Shown here piece after piece: positions 48,168-60,323 of a stretch of DNA of 60,323 bases. A program made the position numbers and the translations under genes. The stretch covers positions 64,131 to 124,453 of the forward strand of contig CAJFCJ010000066.1 in NCBI GenBank assembly GCA_904063045.1, written 5' to 3'. The notes beneath the pieces are model-generated. The model had not been told where the DNA came from. It ran no database searches and worked only from the letters and a program-made list of their open reading frames with translations. Numbering within the stretch: the stretch's first letter is position 1; every line of letters starts with the position of its first letter. The stretch is from Dimorphilus gyrociliatus (Eukaryota > Animalia > Annelida).

Positions 48168-51100
48168 TTAATGATGAAAAGATGATAGAAAGATATTTTT
48201 TTGTATTTTTCTGGTTGCTGGCTGTGATTTTCCTATTTCTTCTTTGTTAATCTTTTTATAGATGTCAATGTTACCTTTACACCATAAATAGAATGCTGCT
48301 GCACCTGCACTTGCCTCCTTGACTTCTTGCAGATTTAATTCACAAATTATTTGTTCAGCTCTGAGAATGATTGCTGGATGTACAGTTAAGATTTTAAGAG
48401 CTTTAATTTTCTTTAAAATAGAATAAGAGCATGCATATTTAATAAAAACTCGACATTCTTTCCATTCATCAGTTTGTCCTTCATCAATTGATAAAATCAA
48501 TAATGTTGATTTTATAACCAGATGTACAACAGCAGGTGGTTGATTATACTGATTTAATTCTGCAATACACTTTGCATCAAGTTTTAAAATCCTGTTTTGC
48601 AAACCACAAATTTTTTCTAAATTTGCTTTTAATTCATTAGCTTTTGATAAATCTTTAATTAATAAAGGATTTATTGGTTTAACAGAAGCTTTGTCTATAG
48701 CTACTTTTAACTTTTTATAATCTTTTTCTTCATATGCCTTTTTCAAATCTACAATATTTTTAATGATATTTTTAATAATTTCAGTATCTAGATGTGAAAT
48801 TTTAATTACCTGATGCCTTCTTTGCTACATCTTCCTGATCATTGTGTTGTTGCTGTGATTTCTCTTCCTTTTCATCATTTCTATTACCTGGCTTTCCTGT
48901 GGTTTCTTCTGCATTATTTACAATTTCTTTTTTACCTTTTTCATTTCCATTCTCCTTTAGGAAGAAATAATCATTTTACAAAAGAGAAAAAAACATTATT
49001 TACAAATATCTTACATTTATTTTAAAAGTTTTATCCTCTCCATCATCAGAGTCATCAGCTGGTAGAAATTCACTGATATAGATAACTTCTTCCATTTTTA
49101 ATGACCAATCTATTTCACCAATTTCTTCTATATTAGTAGCATTTTCAATTGTCTCAAATTGAACATTTGGCACATATTTCATTGTTTTAATAAAATCATT
49201 TTCATCAGATACTTCATTTTTAGAAATATCAATTGTTTGTGAAGCATTTATCTTGTCTATATTTTCATTTTTACTAATAGCTTGGCTATTATCAATTGCA
49301 GGTTTATCCAGTGTACTGTTAATTTCACTATTCCCTATTACAGGTTCAGCCAGTTCACTAGTGGTTTCACAATTCTCTATTGTAGCTTCCTCTGGTTCAC
49401 TGGCGATTTCACTATTCTCTATTGCAGGTTTAGCCATTTTCATAATTGGATTTTTAAAAATTTTATAAATTAAAATTTCAGTAAAAAATTTTGCATTTTT
49501 ATAAATTTTTGCTCTAATAACTAAATCTCCAAAATTTTCACCAGTGTCAATTTCACATTCCCATATATCATTAAAGAGGTCAAAATGAAAAATTTCATTG
49601 TCATTTACACGACAGGCAATCATTTCATCAGCTTTAAAACCTTCAATCTGTATTAATACTTTTTCATTTGAGTAGAGTTTTCTAAATGGTTGAAGAATTT
49701 TATGAGTTTCACTAATTCTCCATTTATCAGTAACAATTGGAAATTGAAATGAATTTGTATTAGATTCAATTGCATAAAAATAAGAATTATAGATCAATTC
49801 ATAATTTTTTCTGGAATTTAATTCCTTTGCTTCAATTTCAAGTTTATACATTCCTGGTAATGGAAAATTGATGTAGAATGTAACATCTTCATAACTATTT
49901 ACAAAGAATGAATACATAGATAAATCATGTCCTTCATTGTTTTCATCATACCATTTTAATTCAATTTTAAATTGACATGATATCTTTTTAAATATCTTAA
50001 AATGTATATTTTTAGAACATTCTTGATAAGATTGGAAATTATCTTCCATCCTTAATTTTAACCTAAAGAAATGTGTTTGTTTGCCAATAGTTCTACTTCC
50101 ATTATCTGGAAATATTAAAGTATAATTTGCTTTTTCCTCACTTTTAACAATATATGAAGTAATTGTAGGCAAACTTTTTTCTGATAATTTTTCAAAAAAT
50201 TTAAAACATAAACAATTACAATGATATTCAATTTTTCGATTTTGTCCACAAATATTTATACCGTATTCTCCTTCAGATGGAAAAAAGAATTTTATAAGTC
50301 CTAGACCATTTTCAAATGTCGAGATGCAATATTGTTGCAGAAAACAAGAAGAATACTTAATACTTGTAATTTCTACAGAAAACTCATATTCATTATCATC
50401 TCCATTAAAATGAATCTCTGTATAATTTTTATTTGATGAAGTATACATTCCAAGTACAGGGAACATATTTGTAAAATTGCATTTTCTAGCTCTATAATTT
50501 GGTCCAAGTTCAGATAGATTTGTGTTTGGAAATGGAGGAATATATATATTATCTCTTTTTGTGTATTTAATAATGTAGTCAGTACACCATTTATAGTCAG
50601 GTTCTTTAAGTTTAATATCATCTTTGGACACCCAAAGTCTTAGCTTATATTTAGCTGTTTGAGGTAATCTCAGCCTAATGATTAGAAGGTTTTTTGATTT
50701 GTTTTGAAATATGGTTATATATAAACTTGGATCTATAGTTTCTTTTTTTATATCTTGTACTAGACCAGTATCTAAAACAGTCTCATCACTAATAAAAATA
50801 GTATAAGCAAATATTACAGGGAATTCTTTGTCTGTTCCAATAAGAATTTCATTCCTGGATTGTTCAGCAAAAACAGTACACTTGGGATGAGAAATAATTC
50901 CAAGCTTATGCTCAAAAAATGCAGGTCTTAAATATGCCATTTCCTCAAATTCTTGTAAAGTTACTGTTCTAGCTAAAAGCTGATGTTTACTCAAAACTGG
51001 AATATGCTTGTAAATGAATTCCTCTGGATTGGGCAAAAAATATCCATTATCATATTGATATTTTTTTTGACTTGTAAGATTTTTCTTTTTGAAGAAAAAC

Positions 51101-51931
51101 TGGAGTAATGAATATTTTTTTTCCCCTTGAAAAATTTTGTGACTTCCAAAATTAGCATCACAAAGATACCAGAAACCATTTATTCTAATAATATTCCAAA
51201 AATTCTTATCATTTAAATTTATTTTCTCTCCAATTTCATAATTTGCATGTTTAGCCCAACCAGAGACTTCTTCACAGTAAATATTTACAAAACTATTTGA
51301 AAACAAAAATCATTTGAGTACATTTAAAAAGTTATTTTATAAGTTTTCTTTTTATGCATACCTGCAAAGAATTTTTAACACTTTACCGTAGGATATATTG
51401 TTTTGTTTTAACCTATATAGAGTATATCTCATTTGATTGTCCATCAACTTATCATAATTTATTTTATCTAGATTGATTGAAGCTAACCAACGGAATAAAG
51501 CTCGAGCTCTTAACATTTCATCATTGAAATCCTTAATTAAAAAAATTGCAACTTGTTGTGGTGTTTTGTTTAAAAATGATTTGTTCATTTTTTTCATGAC
51601 AAATTTATCAACATGGCGAAAATCATAATTTTCTTCTATCCATTCTTTGGAAATTGGATTAGGAAAAATAATGTGAGGAGGTATTGCAATTTGTCTGTAT
51701 TTAACCAATTCATACCATTCTGTATTTGCTATACGTAGAGTAACATTAGTTGGAAAACCCATACTCATAAACTCTCCTTTAAGAGCATTATGAACATCAG
51801 TGAGTTGTTTTTCAATATCTTTTTTTTTTAAATAACAAGATTAAAGTTAATTTGAATTTAAAAATTTAAATATAACCTGGATTATATATTGCAGGAATGA
51901 TAACATTTTGTTTTGAGAAACAAATTCCCAT
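48168..51931 (-). CDS. Hillarin/KY-like pseudo-transglutaminase with N-terminal acylation motif and C-terminal dynein-MTBD-like domain
   Basis: Exons 51931-51877 (MGICFSKQ..), 51818-51362, then ~51297-49010 and 3' exons to 48168. Motifs ARALFRWL, SYGKVLKILC..VSGWAK, FWNIIRINGFWYLCDANFG, YQYDNGYFLPNPEEFIY and QLLARTVTLQEFE. Ig-like KY repeats, an acidic linker, then the PPAVVHLV..W..ASAGAAAFYLW domain. The last intron boundaries are uncertain. Confidence 0.85.
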
Positions 51932-54900
51932 ATTTCCAATTTAAATACTGATGAACAGTGTCTTGTAGGGAGAGAGACAAAAAAATAACTTTTAGGTGTA
52001 ACTGTAACTTTAACCAAGTATTCTATTTCTGTTTTGAGGGATTACAGTATGTTTAATAATTTTCTTTTTCACACAATATTGTAAATTAAACCTAAATGTA
52101 AATATGCAGACCAGGACATGCTACAACTTGGTCTCACCTATTTTTAAAACCTTCTTAACAACTGTAAACATTATTAATAACACAAGTTGGATTTTTTACT
52201 GCCAAGTTCTACTTTCCCTTTCTATTTCACCAATAGCTGCACAAGGGAAACAGACAAAGGATTTAATTAGCAAAAATTGAATGTGAAGTTAGGGTTGAGC
52301 CTGTTTGTTAAAACTAAATGAAATTGAGATGAAGAAATACAAAGGTTAAAGTGTGGCCCAGTTAGAACAGCCAGGTGTATCCGAACAAAACTCTAGTTGT
52401 TAGAGTTAAAAATTTTGGGGATGAGAGAAAACTAAACTAAAGTTTAGGGTAAATTTTTGGTCATTTCTAGGGTTGAAAAATATTTTTTACAATTGCAAAA
52501 ATTTTATTCTCATCCTTATTTAGTTCAGGGTTAGGATTTAGGTATGCGTTGCACTAAACAAATCTAGGACAATAATGCTTATCTTTATCAGTGCATTGAT
52601 ATGAACCATATTGGTTCAATACTACTTATCTATTGTAGAATAACCCTAAGCATAACAAGCTTAATTTCTATTTCAGTCTTCTTTTTTGTTTTTTGTCAAC
52701 TGTTACATTCAATAAAGTAGGGTTGATTGCAATATTTCTCTATCAGTGTTTCATTGACTAGCAGAAATTAATTCATTGCTGCCAAATTGGCCATCAACTA
52801 CTGTACTTTGTTGTATTGTAATTGGAGGAATTTCTGGTTTGTCACAACTGTAATTGTCCTTTCCAATCATTTACCACCTTGCCAAAGTACTCAAACAAAT
52901 AGAACCTTTAAAGTTCGTCCACAAATAGTCTAACAAAGGCAATTTTGGTAGAAATTAATTAACAAAACACCAGTATTTCGTGCAAAGAATATGTATTGAG
53001 TAAAATGAGCTTCTAGTTCTAAACAAGCTAGTTTAAACAACTAGCTGATGGTTAGAAAACTGAACTATCAACTGTTAATTTCGTAGGGTTTATATACTCT
53101 TTTAAGGGTTGATAGTTCACAAATTTCAATGTTCACAAAAACAAAAGTAACATTTGAAGACAAAGAAAAGTTGTAAATATGGTCACGTTTTTATTGTTTT
53201 CCTCTTCTAAATAATAGTTGAATTTCTCAGGTTGGAGAGTTGCATAAGATGTAACAATTTTAGTAGGACAAGTCCAACAATCAAGAAAACATGTAGATTG
53301 TATATTTGACCGTTTTTATATTCTACCTTAATAATGATATTGAATTGATTGAGTTAGTAAATTTAGCATGAGCATATGCAGAGGAAGTATATCTGATTAA
53401 TGCATGTTAAAAAGAACAGTATTGTGTATACAATACTGTTGAATAGTGAATATAATCTAAACTTAGAATTTAAGCATAATTGATAATTAATTGAACTAGT
53501 TTTAGTTCGAAATCATAAATTTATGGATTAATAAATTGTAATATTAATGCTAGGTTGCAAATAGCAAATATTCTTTATATAATTCAATAGGTTTTATTGC
53601 TGCATAATGTGTATGCACTGCCCTATGCGAAACTAGGTCACTACTGCTTATCTTTATCAGTGCTATCTGCATAGTACAATACTGGTTCAATACTACTTCT
53701 CTATTGTAGAATATAGCTGACGAATGTATGTGTACAAATTTATAAAATATATCTTCAAACTGGATTCTCTAAAAGACTAAAATTACAAAATGATTTTTTT
53801 GATAATAATTAGACTTGAATGATAAATAATTAAGTTGAAATTGAAATCTGTAGCATGTTCAAATAATGATCATAGTAATAATTTATTATCAATCAATCAC
53901 AATACAATGAAAAAATAATTTCTTATTTAAATATTCATTGGAATATTTAAATTGATTTTTTCAATCCTTGTATGTGATTGATTGATAATAAATTATTACT
54001 ATGATCATTATGAACATGCTACAGATTCAATTTCAACTTAATTATTTATCATTCAAGTCTAATTTATTATCAAAAAAATCTATTTTTGGTAATTTTAAGT
54101 CTTCTAGAGAATCCAGTTTGAAGATATATTTTATAAATTTGTACACATACATTCATCAGCTATATTCTACAATAGAGAAGTAGTATTGAACCAGTATTGT
54201 ACTATGCAGATAGCACTGATAAAGATAAGCAGTAGTGACCTAGTTTCGCATAGGGCAGTGCATACACATTATGCAGCAATAAAACCTATTGAATTATATA
54301 AAGAATATTTGCTATTTGCAACCTAGCATTAATATTACAATTTATTAATCCATACATTTATGATTTCGAACTAAAACTAGTTCAATTAATTATCAATTAT
54401 GCTTAAATTCTAAGTTTAGATTATATTCACTATTCAACAGTATTGTATACACAATACTGTTCTTTTTAACATGCATTAATCAGATATACTACCTCCTTAT
54501 ATGCTGATGCTAAATTTACTAACTCAATCAATTGAATATCATTATTAAGGTAGAATATAAAAACGGTCAAATATACAATCTACATGTTTTCTTGATTGTT
54601 CGACTTGTCCTACTAAAATTGTTACATCTTATGCAACTCTCCAACCTGAGAAATTCAACTATTATTTAGAAGAGGAAAACAATAAAAACATGACCGTATT
54701 TAGAACTTTTCTTTGTCTTCAAATGTTACTTTTGTTTTTGTGAACATTGAAATTTGTGAACTATCAACCCTTAAAAGAGTATATAAACCCTACGAAATTA
54801 ACTGTTGATAGTTCAGTTTTCTAACCGTCAGCTAGTTGTTTAAACTAGCTTGTTTAGAACTAGAAGCTCATTTTACTCAATACATATTCTTTGCACGAAA

Positions 54901-55945
54901 TACTGGTGTTTTGTTAATTAATTTCTACCAAAATTGCCTTTGTTAGACTATTTGTGGACGAACTTTAAAGGTTCTATTTGTTTGAGTACTTTGGCAAGGT
55001 GGTAAATGATTGGAAAGGACAATTACAGTTGTGACAAACCAGAAATTCCTCCAATTACAATACAACAAAGTACAGTAGTTGATGGCCAATTTGGCAGCAA
55101 TGAATTAATTTCTGCTAGTCAATGAAACACTGATAGAGAAATATTGCAATCAACCCTACTTTATTGAATGTAACAGTTGACAAAAAACAAAAAAGAAGAC
55201 TGAAATAGAAATTAAGCTTGTTATGCTTAGGGTTATTCTACAATAGATAAGTAGTATTGAACCAATATGGTTCATATCAATGCACTGATAAAGATAAGCA
55301 TTATTGTCCTAGATTTGTTTAGTGCAACGCATACCTAAATCCTAACCCTGAACTAAATAAGGATGAGAATAAAATTTTTGCAATTGTAAAAAATATTTTT
55401 CAACCCTAGAAATGACCAAAAATTTACCCTAAACTTTAGTTTAGTTTTCTCTCATCCCCAAAATTTTTAACTCTAACAACTAGAGTTTTGTTCGGATACA
55501 CCTGGCTGTTCTAACTGGGCCACACTTTAACCTTTGTATTTCTTCATCTCAATTTCATTTAGTTTTAACAAACAGGCTCAACCCTAACTTCACATTCAAT
55601 TTTTGCTAATTAAATCCTTTGTCTGTTTCCCTTGTGCAGCTATTGGTGAAATAGAAAGGGAAAGTAGAACTTGGCAGTAAAAAATCCAACTTGTGTTATT
55701 AATAATGTTTACAGTTGTTAAGAAGGTTTTAAAAATAGGTGAGACCAAGTTGTAGGCATGTCCTGGTCTGCATATTTACATTTAGGTTTAATTTACAATA
55801 TTGTGTGAAAAAGAAAATTATTAAACATACTGTAATCCCTCAAAACAGAAATAGAATACTTGGTTAAAGTTACAGTTACACCTAAAAGTTATTTTTTTGT
55901 CTCTCTCCCTACAAGACACTGTTCATCAGTATTTAAATTGGAAAT

Positions 55946-58900
55946 ATGGGAATTTGTTTCTCAAAACAAAATGTTATCATTCCTGCAATATATAATCCAG
56001 GTTATATTTAAATTTTTAAATTCAAATTAACTTTAATCTTGTTATTTAAAAAAAAAAGATATTGAAAAACAACTCACTGATGTTCATAATGCTCTTAAAG
56101 GAGAGTTTATGAGTATGGGTTTTCCAACTAATGTTACTCTACGTATAGCAAATACAGAATGGTATGAATTGGTTAAATACAGACAAATTGCAAACCTCCT
56201 CACATTATTTTTCCTAATCCAATTTCCAAAGAATGGATAGAAGAAAATTATGATTTTCGCCATGTTGATAAATTTGTCATGAAAAAAATGAACAAATCAT
56301 TTTTAAACAAAACACCACAACAAGTTGCAATTTTTTTAATTAAGGATTTCAATGATGAAATGTTAAGAGCTCGAGCTTTATTCCGTTGGTTAGCTTCAAT
56401 CAATCTAGATAAAATAAATTATGATAAGTTTGGAGCAATCAAAATGAGATATACTCTATATAGGTTAAAACAAAACAATATATCCTACGGTAAAGTGTTA
56501 AAAATTCTTTGCAGGTATGCATAAAAAGAAAACCTTATAAAATAACTTTTTAAATGTACTCAAATGATTTTTGTTTTCAAATAGTTTTGTAAATATTTAC
56601 TGTGAAGAAGTCTCTGGTTGGGCTAAACATGCAAATTATGAAATTGGAGAGAAAATAAATTTAAATGATAAGAATTTTTGGAATATTATTAGAATAAATG
56701 GTTTCTGGTATCTTTGTGATGCTAATTTTGGAAGTCACAAAATTTTTCAAGGGGAAAAAAAATATTCATTACTCCAGTTTTTTCTTCAAAAGAAAAATCT
56801 TACAAGTCAAAAAAAATATCAATATGATATGGATATTTTTTGCCCAATCCAGAGGAATTCATTTACAAGCATATTCAGTTTTGAGTAAACATCAGCTTTT
56901 AGCTAGAACAGTAACTTTACAAGAATTTGAGGAAATGGCATATTTAAGACCTGCATTTTTTGAGCATAAGCTTGGAATTATTTCTCATCCCAAGTGTACT
57001 GTTTTTGCTGAACAATCCAGGAATGAAATTCTTATTGGAACAGACAAAGAATTCCCTGTAATATTTGCTTATACTATTTTTATTAGTGATGAGACTGTTT
57101 TAGATACTGGTCTAGTACAAGATATAAAAAAAGAAACTATAGATCCAAGTTTATATATAACCATATTTCAAACAAATCAAAAACCTTCTAATCATTAGGC
57201 TGAGATTACCTCAACAGCTAAATATAAGCTAAGACTTTGGGTGTCCAAAGATGATATTAAACTTAAAGAACCTGACTATAAATGGTGTACTGACTACATT
57301 ATTAAATACACAAAAAGAGATAATATATATATTCCTCCATTTCCAAACACAAATCTATCTGAACTTGGACCAAATTAATAGAGCTAGAAAATGCAATTTT
57401 ACAAATATGTTCCCTGTACTTGGAATGTATACTTCATCAAAAATAAAATTATACAGAGATTCATTTTAATGGAGATGATAATGAATATGAGTTTTCTGTA
57501 GAAATTACAAGTATTAAGTATTCTTCTTGTTTTCTGCAACAATATTGCATCTCGACATTTGAAAATGGTCTAGGACTTATAAAATTCTTTTTTCCATCTG
57601 AAGGAGAATACGGTATAAATATTTGTGGACAAAATCGAAAAAATTGAATTCATTGTAATTGTTTATGTTTTAAATTTTTTGAAAAATTATCAGAAAAAAG
57701 TTTGCCTACAATTACTTCATATATTGTTAAAAGTGAGGAAAAAGCAAATTATACTTTAATATTTCCAGATAATGGAAGTAGAACTATTGGCAAACAAACA
57801 CATTTCTTTAGGTTAAAATTAAGGATGGAAGATAATTTCCAATCTTATCAAGAATGTTCTAAAAATATACATTTTAAGATATTTAAAAAGATATCATGTC
57901 AATTTAAAATTGAATTAAAATGGTATGATGAAAACAATGAAGGACATGATTTATCTATGTATTCATTCTTTGTAAATAGTTATGAAGATGTTACATTCTA
58001 CATCAATTTTCCATTACCAGGAATGTATAAACTTGAAATTGAAGCAAAGGAATTAAATTCCAGAAAAAATTATGAATTGATCTATAATTCTTATTTTTAT
58101 GCAATTGAATCTAATACAAATTCATTTCAATTTCCAATTGTTACTGATAAATGGAGAATTAGTGAAACTCATAAAATTCTTCAACCATTTAGAAAACTCT
58201 ACTCAAATGAAAAAGTATTAATACAGATTGAAGGTTTTAAAGCTGATGAAATGATTGCCTGTCGTGTAAATGACAATGAAATTTTTCATTTTGACCTCTT
58301 TAATGATATATGGGAATGTGAAATTGACACTGGTGAAAATTTTGGAGATTTAGTTATTAGAGCAAAAATTTATAAAAAGCAAAATTTTTTACTGAAATTT
58401 TAATTTATAAAATTTTTAAAAATCCAATTATGAAAATGGCTAAACCTGCAATAGAGAATAGTGAAATCGCCAGTGAACAGAGGAAGCTACAATAGAGAAT
58501 TGTGAAACCACTAGTGAACTGGCTGAACCTGTAATAGGGAATAGTGAAATTAACAGTACACTGGATAAACCTGCAATTGATAATAGCCAAGCTATTAGTA
58601 AAAATGAAAAATTAGAACATAAATGCTTCACAAACAATTGATATTTCTAAAATGAAGTATCTGATGAAAATGATTTTATTAAAACAATGAAATATGTGCC
58701 AAATGTTCAATTTGAGACAATTGAAAATGCTACTAATATAGAAGAAATTGGTGAAATAGATTGGTCATTAAAAATGGAAGAAGTTATCTATATCAGTGAA
58801 TTTCTACCAGCTGATGACTCTGATGATGGAGAGGATAAAACTTTTAAATAAATGTAAGATATTTGTAAATAATGTTTTTTTCTCTTTTGTAAAATGATTA

Positions 58901-59715
58901 TTTCTTCCTAAAGGAGAATGGAAATGAAAAGGTAAAAAAGAAATTGTAAATAATGCAGAAGAAACCACAGGAAAGCCAGGTAATAGAAATGATGAAAAGG
59001 AAGAGAAATCACAGCAACAACAACAATGATCAGGAAGATGTAGCAAAGAAGGCATCAGGTAATTAAAATTTCACATCTAGATACTGAAATTATTAAAATA
59101 TCATTAAAAAATTGTAGATTTGAAAAAGGCATATGAAGAAAAAGATTATAAAAAGTTAAAAGTAGCTATAGACAAAGCTTCTGTTAAACCAATAAATCCT
59201 TTATTAATTAAAGATTTATCAAAAGCTAATGAATTAAAAGCAAATTTAGAAAAAATTTGTGGTTTGCAAAACAGGATTTTAAAACTTGATGCAAATGTAT
59301 TGCAGAATTAAATCAGTATAATCAACCACCTGCTGTTGTACATCTGGTTATAAAATCAACATTATTGATTTTATCAATTGATGAAGGACAAACTGATGAA
59401 TGGAAAGAATGTCAAGTTTTTATTAAATATGCATGCTCTTATTCTATTTTAAAGAAAATTAAAGCTCTTAAAATCTTAACTGTAGATCCAGCAATCATTC
59501 TCAGAGCTGAACAAATAATTTGTGAATTAAATCTGCAAGAAGTCAAGGAGGCAAGTGCAGGTGCAGCAGCATTCTATTTATGGTGTAAAGGTAACATTGA
59601 CATCTATAAAAAGATTAACAAAGAAGAAATAGGAAAATCACAGCCAGCAACCAGAAAAATACAAAAAAATACTTTCTATCATCTTTTCATCATTAAGCTG
59701 TTAAGAAGACACTGA
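55946..59715 (+). pseudogene. Inverted copy of the hillarin-like gene, with many 1-nt indels
   Basis: It is the reverse complement of 48168-51931. The ORF is split into many pieces (56279, 56571, 56698, 57251, 57702, 59120, 59365), mostly at homopolymers. Confidence 0.85.
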
Positions 59716-60323
59716 GCATGATTGCTTTCTTCATGATAGAAACAATAACATCTCTTGAAAAATAAAAGGAGAAGAAATATACAGCAGATGAACTCCTCAA
59801 CAATAAGATATTACTTTAATTATGGTTTTATTTGGAATTTTAAATTTTAAATCACTATTCATAGTGTTGTATACACAATACTATTAATATGGATTATTTA
59901 GACATGCTTCCTAGTTTTTTACACAAAGTAGAATACAAAAGGTCAAATATATAATCCACTTGTTTTCTTGATTGTTGGACTTGCTGTAAGAAAATTGTTA
60001 CATCTTATGGAACTGTCCAACCTGTGAAATTCAATTATTATTTAGAAGAGGAAAACAATAAACAGACTATATTTACAACTTTTCTTTGTCTTCCAATGTT
60101 ACTTTTATTTATGTGAACATTGAAATTTGTGAACTATTAACCCTTTAAAGAATATATAAACCTTAATTTTGTTGGGTTTATATACCCTTTTTAAAGGTTG
60201 ATAGTTCACAATTTATAAATCTAAATATGATAAACATTTTTTTTATCTAATAGAATTCAATTCATGTACATCTGTTTTGATAAGCACATATTCTGGAATA
60301 AATACCCTAAATGATGGATATTT

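Larger units (their letters stand above)
47541..60323. repeat. Giant inverted repeat: arms 47541-53936 and 53941-60323 (window end), 4-nt loop ATTG
   Basis: Centre tttaaatattc-attg-gaatatttaaa. The last window bases are the reverse complement of aaatatccatcatttagggtatt at 47541. Confidence 0.97.

Noticed and set aside
48788-48809. Apparent 22-nt intron (gtaattaaaatttcacatctag) in the hillarin-like gene
   Set aside because: It is shorter than all other introns here (40 nt or more). An upstream donor giving ~100 nt in the same phase is equally possible, so it cannot be called without cDNA.
1-60323. rRNA, tRNA or other structured ncRNA genes
   Set aside because: None was recognised by eye. tRNAscan-SE/Infernal were not run, so absence is not proven.

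Overview
AT-rich eukaryotic genomic DNA with very short GT-AG introns (40-70 nt). This is a compact invertebrate genome, most likely lophotrochozoan or annelid, possibly Dimorphilus-like; the taxon is my inference. The ORF track therefore fragments or misses most genes. The window is a TE-riddled cluster of mostly immune-type and receptor genes. It holds two GRL101/LGR-type LDLa-LRR-7TM receptors; one has an SRCR x~4 + C-type-lectin ectodomain, and both carry a homologous kinase-C-lobe-like cytoplasmic tail. It also holds a UGT, F-type lectin, C1q and discoidin-FAMeT genes, a VHL-box-LRR next to a RING-B-box-LRR, small RING genes, a NACHT-like remnant and a fucosyltransferase-like gene. An intact 5-exon soluble acetylcholine-binding protein gene (38818-39716) is invisible in the ORF track. 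A predicted acylated hillarin-like pseudo-transglutaminase ends in a dynein microtubule-binding-domain-like module. Tc1, mariner and MULE elements have definable ends, and two of them interrupt lectin exons whose reading frame is restored on in-silico excision. The last 12.8 kb is a near-spacerless palindrome centred at 53938, either real or a long-read fold-back artefact. Many frameshifts may be assembly errors rather than true pseudogenisation.
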